Source of the DNA: Azolla caroliniana
Lineage: Eukaryota > Plantae > Polypodiophyta
DNA length: 64,000 bases
Assembly (NCBI GenBank): GCA_043228905.1
Contig: JBHGNT010000003.1
Location: 14,198,001-14,262,000 of the forward strand
Direction of reading: 5' to 3'
The translations under genes were made by a program, and so were the position numbers. Shown one piece after another: positions 62,490 through 64,000 of the stretch. Position 1 is the stretch's first letter. Every line of letters starts with the position of its first letter. The notes beneath the pieces are model-generated. The model saw only the letters and a list, made by a program, of their open reading frames with translations. It searched no databases and was not told the DNA's origin.

Positions 62490-62760
62490 GAATCGAATCC
62501 TAACCATTAGTAAGAGATTTTAATTTGTTGTTTTGGAATTATTAAACTGCCTAACACATGAACTAAAGAAGCGAATCCTAACCATTCATAAGAGATTTTA
62601 ATTTGTTGTGTTAGAATTATTAAACTGACCTTACACAAGAACTAAAAGAAACGAATCTTAACACCATTAGTAAGAGATTAATTTGTTGTGTTAGAATTAA
62701 ACTGCACCATTGGTAAGAGATTGATTTGCTGTTTTCGAATTATTAAACTGCCTTACGCAT
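62490..62760. repeat. Degenerate tandem repeat of about 70 bp (3-4 units)
   Basis: CGAATCCTAACCATTAGTAAGAGATTTTAATTTGTTG..GAATTATTAAACTG recurs. Confidence 0.8.
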
Positions 62761-63337
62761 GAAAAGCGTGTCTCATCCTCAAAAACAAGGTACCTGGTAA
62801 TCATGAATGAATGGTAGTCTTGCGGTAAAGATTGTACATATGATCATTAATTAGATGCTTACAGCGATAGAACACTGCATAGTGTGTACCGACGCTTCAA
62901 CAACATATTGTGTGATCTAACAGTAGAAGCAAAATCCAACCACATGCTCCACATGATGGTTGCCTATTGAATGACCAATGACATTTTTGTGTTGAAAGTT
63001 TTTTGTTTTTCGGTTTCATGGAGAGACCAGACTATTACATCTCTTGAAAAGAATTGTCTGCTAATAATACAGTTTCCCTAGCACATTATTTAAAGACTCT
63101 CTCTGTCTGATGACCATATATTTGAACCTGCTTGAAATACAGGACCTTGCAATTCTGGATATATGCTATTTCATATTGTTGAAAGCTTATGCTGGCAATG
63201 GAAGATAAATCGCACGATGGGTTTATAATGTATGGACAATGAAACCAGCTTGCACCATGCTTTTAGCTGAAGAATGAAAATGCAAGTAGCTCCTCTACAC
63301 TGCCCACAATCAGGATCAAGATCATCGACAGGATCAT

Positions 63338-63541
63338 TCATTGAGACTTCTTGGCGGAGGGGGCAACAGGAGCAGCAGGAGCAGCAGCTGCAGCAACTGC
63401 TGCAAGGGAGGATGCAGTCGTAATGGATGCTTCCTCCAAGGTTCTCTTCTTCGCCACTAAATTAAATGCTTCAATTGTGTCACCTTCTTGCCATTCATTG
63501 AAGTTCTCGATGCCGACCCCACACTCGAGACCTGCAACCAC
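63338..63541 (-). CDS. Plastid translation initiation factor IF-2, last exon
   Basis: VVAGLECGVGIENFNEWQEGDTIEAFN is the IF-2 C-terminal motif; AG acceptor at 63542-63543; stop at 63338. Confidence 0.92.
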   Translation of the reverse strand: MVAGLECGVGIENFNEWQEGDTIEAFNLVAKKRTLEEASITTASSLAAVAAAAAPAAPVAPSAKKSQ

Positions 63542-63658
63542 CTGATAGAACCATCCCATGCTTGCAATGAGGACTGATGCTAACAAAAATTCTTTCCATA
63601 TTTTTATAATCTTACTATTTTGTACTGATAATAAATCTCAAGAAGGGAAGTCTCTCAC

Positions 63659-63847
63659 CTCTTTCGCCAATTCTTTAACTCTCCTTAAGGAGGACACAGT
63701 GCCAGTGTAGACCACATTACTGCCTCGAATGACCTTGCAACCACATCCCTTGACAAGTTTTCCATCTGTTACCATACAGCCAGCAACTTTGCCACTCCCA
63801 CTGGTGAATATAGCTCTAACTTCAGCTGTACCAATGGGCACTTGTTC
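63659..63847 (-). CDS. Plastid translation initiation factor IF-2, penultimate exon
   Basis: EQVPIGTAEVRAIFTSGSGKVAGCMVTDGK...SLRRVKELAKE (IF-2 domain IV); GT/AG boundaries, phase 0. Confidence 0.92.
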
Positions 63848-64000
63848 CTAGATCAAGAAAAAAAGGTGCAGAGATGTCACCAAACAAATGAATGCTGTCC
63901 GACCTTAAAAGAGGGCAAGTTTCCCACTAAGATGATAAATGTTGTCTTAACTTTTCAGGAGTGTTTTCTAGAATCAATACATGTACTGAGAAACCATGCA

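Overview
Eukaryotic land-plant genomic DNA (retroelement lineages and the plastid IF-2 gene suggest a bryophyte or other seed-free plant; inference). Bases 1-54.7 kb are a deeply nested LTR-retrotransposon cluster. It contains three related tRNA-Trp-primed, chromodomain-less Ty3/gypsy elements (A minus 1-15112; B plus 2365-9710, intact and nested in A with a 4-bp TSD; D minus 15113-33655, host of A, C and E), a Tat/Ogre-like gypsy deletion derivative C (16384-23407) whose truncated RT is fused in frame to a long extra ORF, several Met-primed Ty1/copia copies of two related families (E, F, F2, H, J; G, I) and an old Tork/Tnt1-like copia (K). 54.7-60 kb is AT-rich and unassignable. The right end has a small secreted-peptide-like gene (61311-61595) and the last two exons of a plastid translation initiation factor IF-2 gene on the minus strand. 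Main findings: (1) a -1 ribosomal frameshift cassette (G_GAU_UUU plus stop plus an H-type pseudoknot with pairing-preserving substitutions) between Gag-PR and RT-RH-IN, conserved in A, B and D; (2) antisense tRNA-like A/B-box modules in the LTRs of A and B; (3) the in-frame Gag-PR-truncated RT-extra ORF chimera of C; (4) a phytosulfokine-like precursor with a non-canonical C-terminus (DPYYTHW). Letters A-K are my own labels. All comparisons were done by eye.
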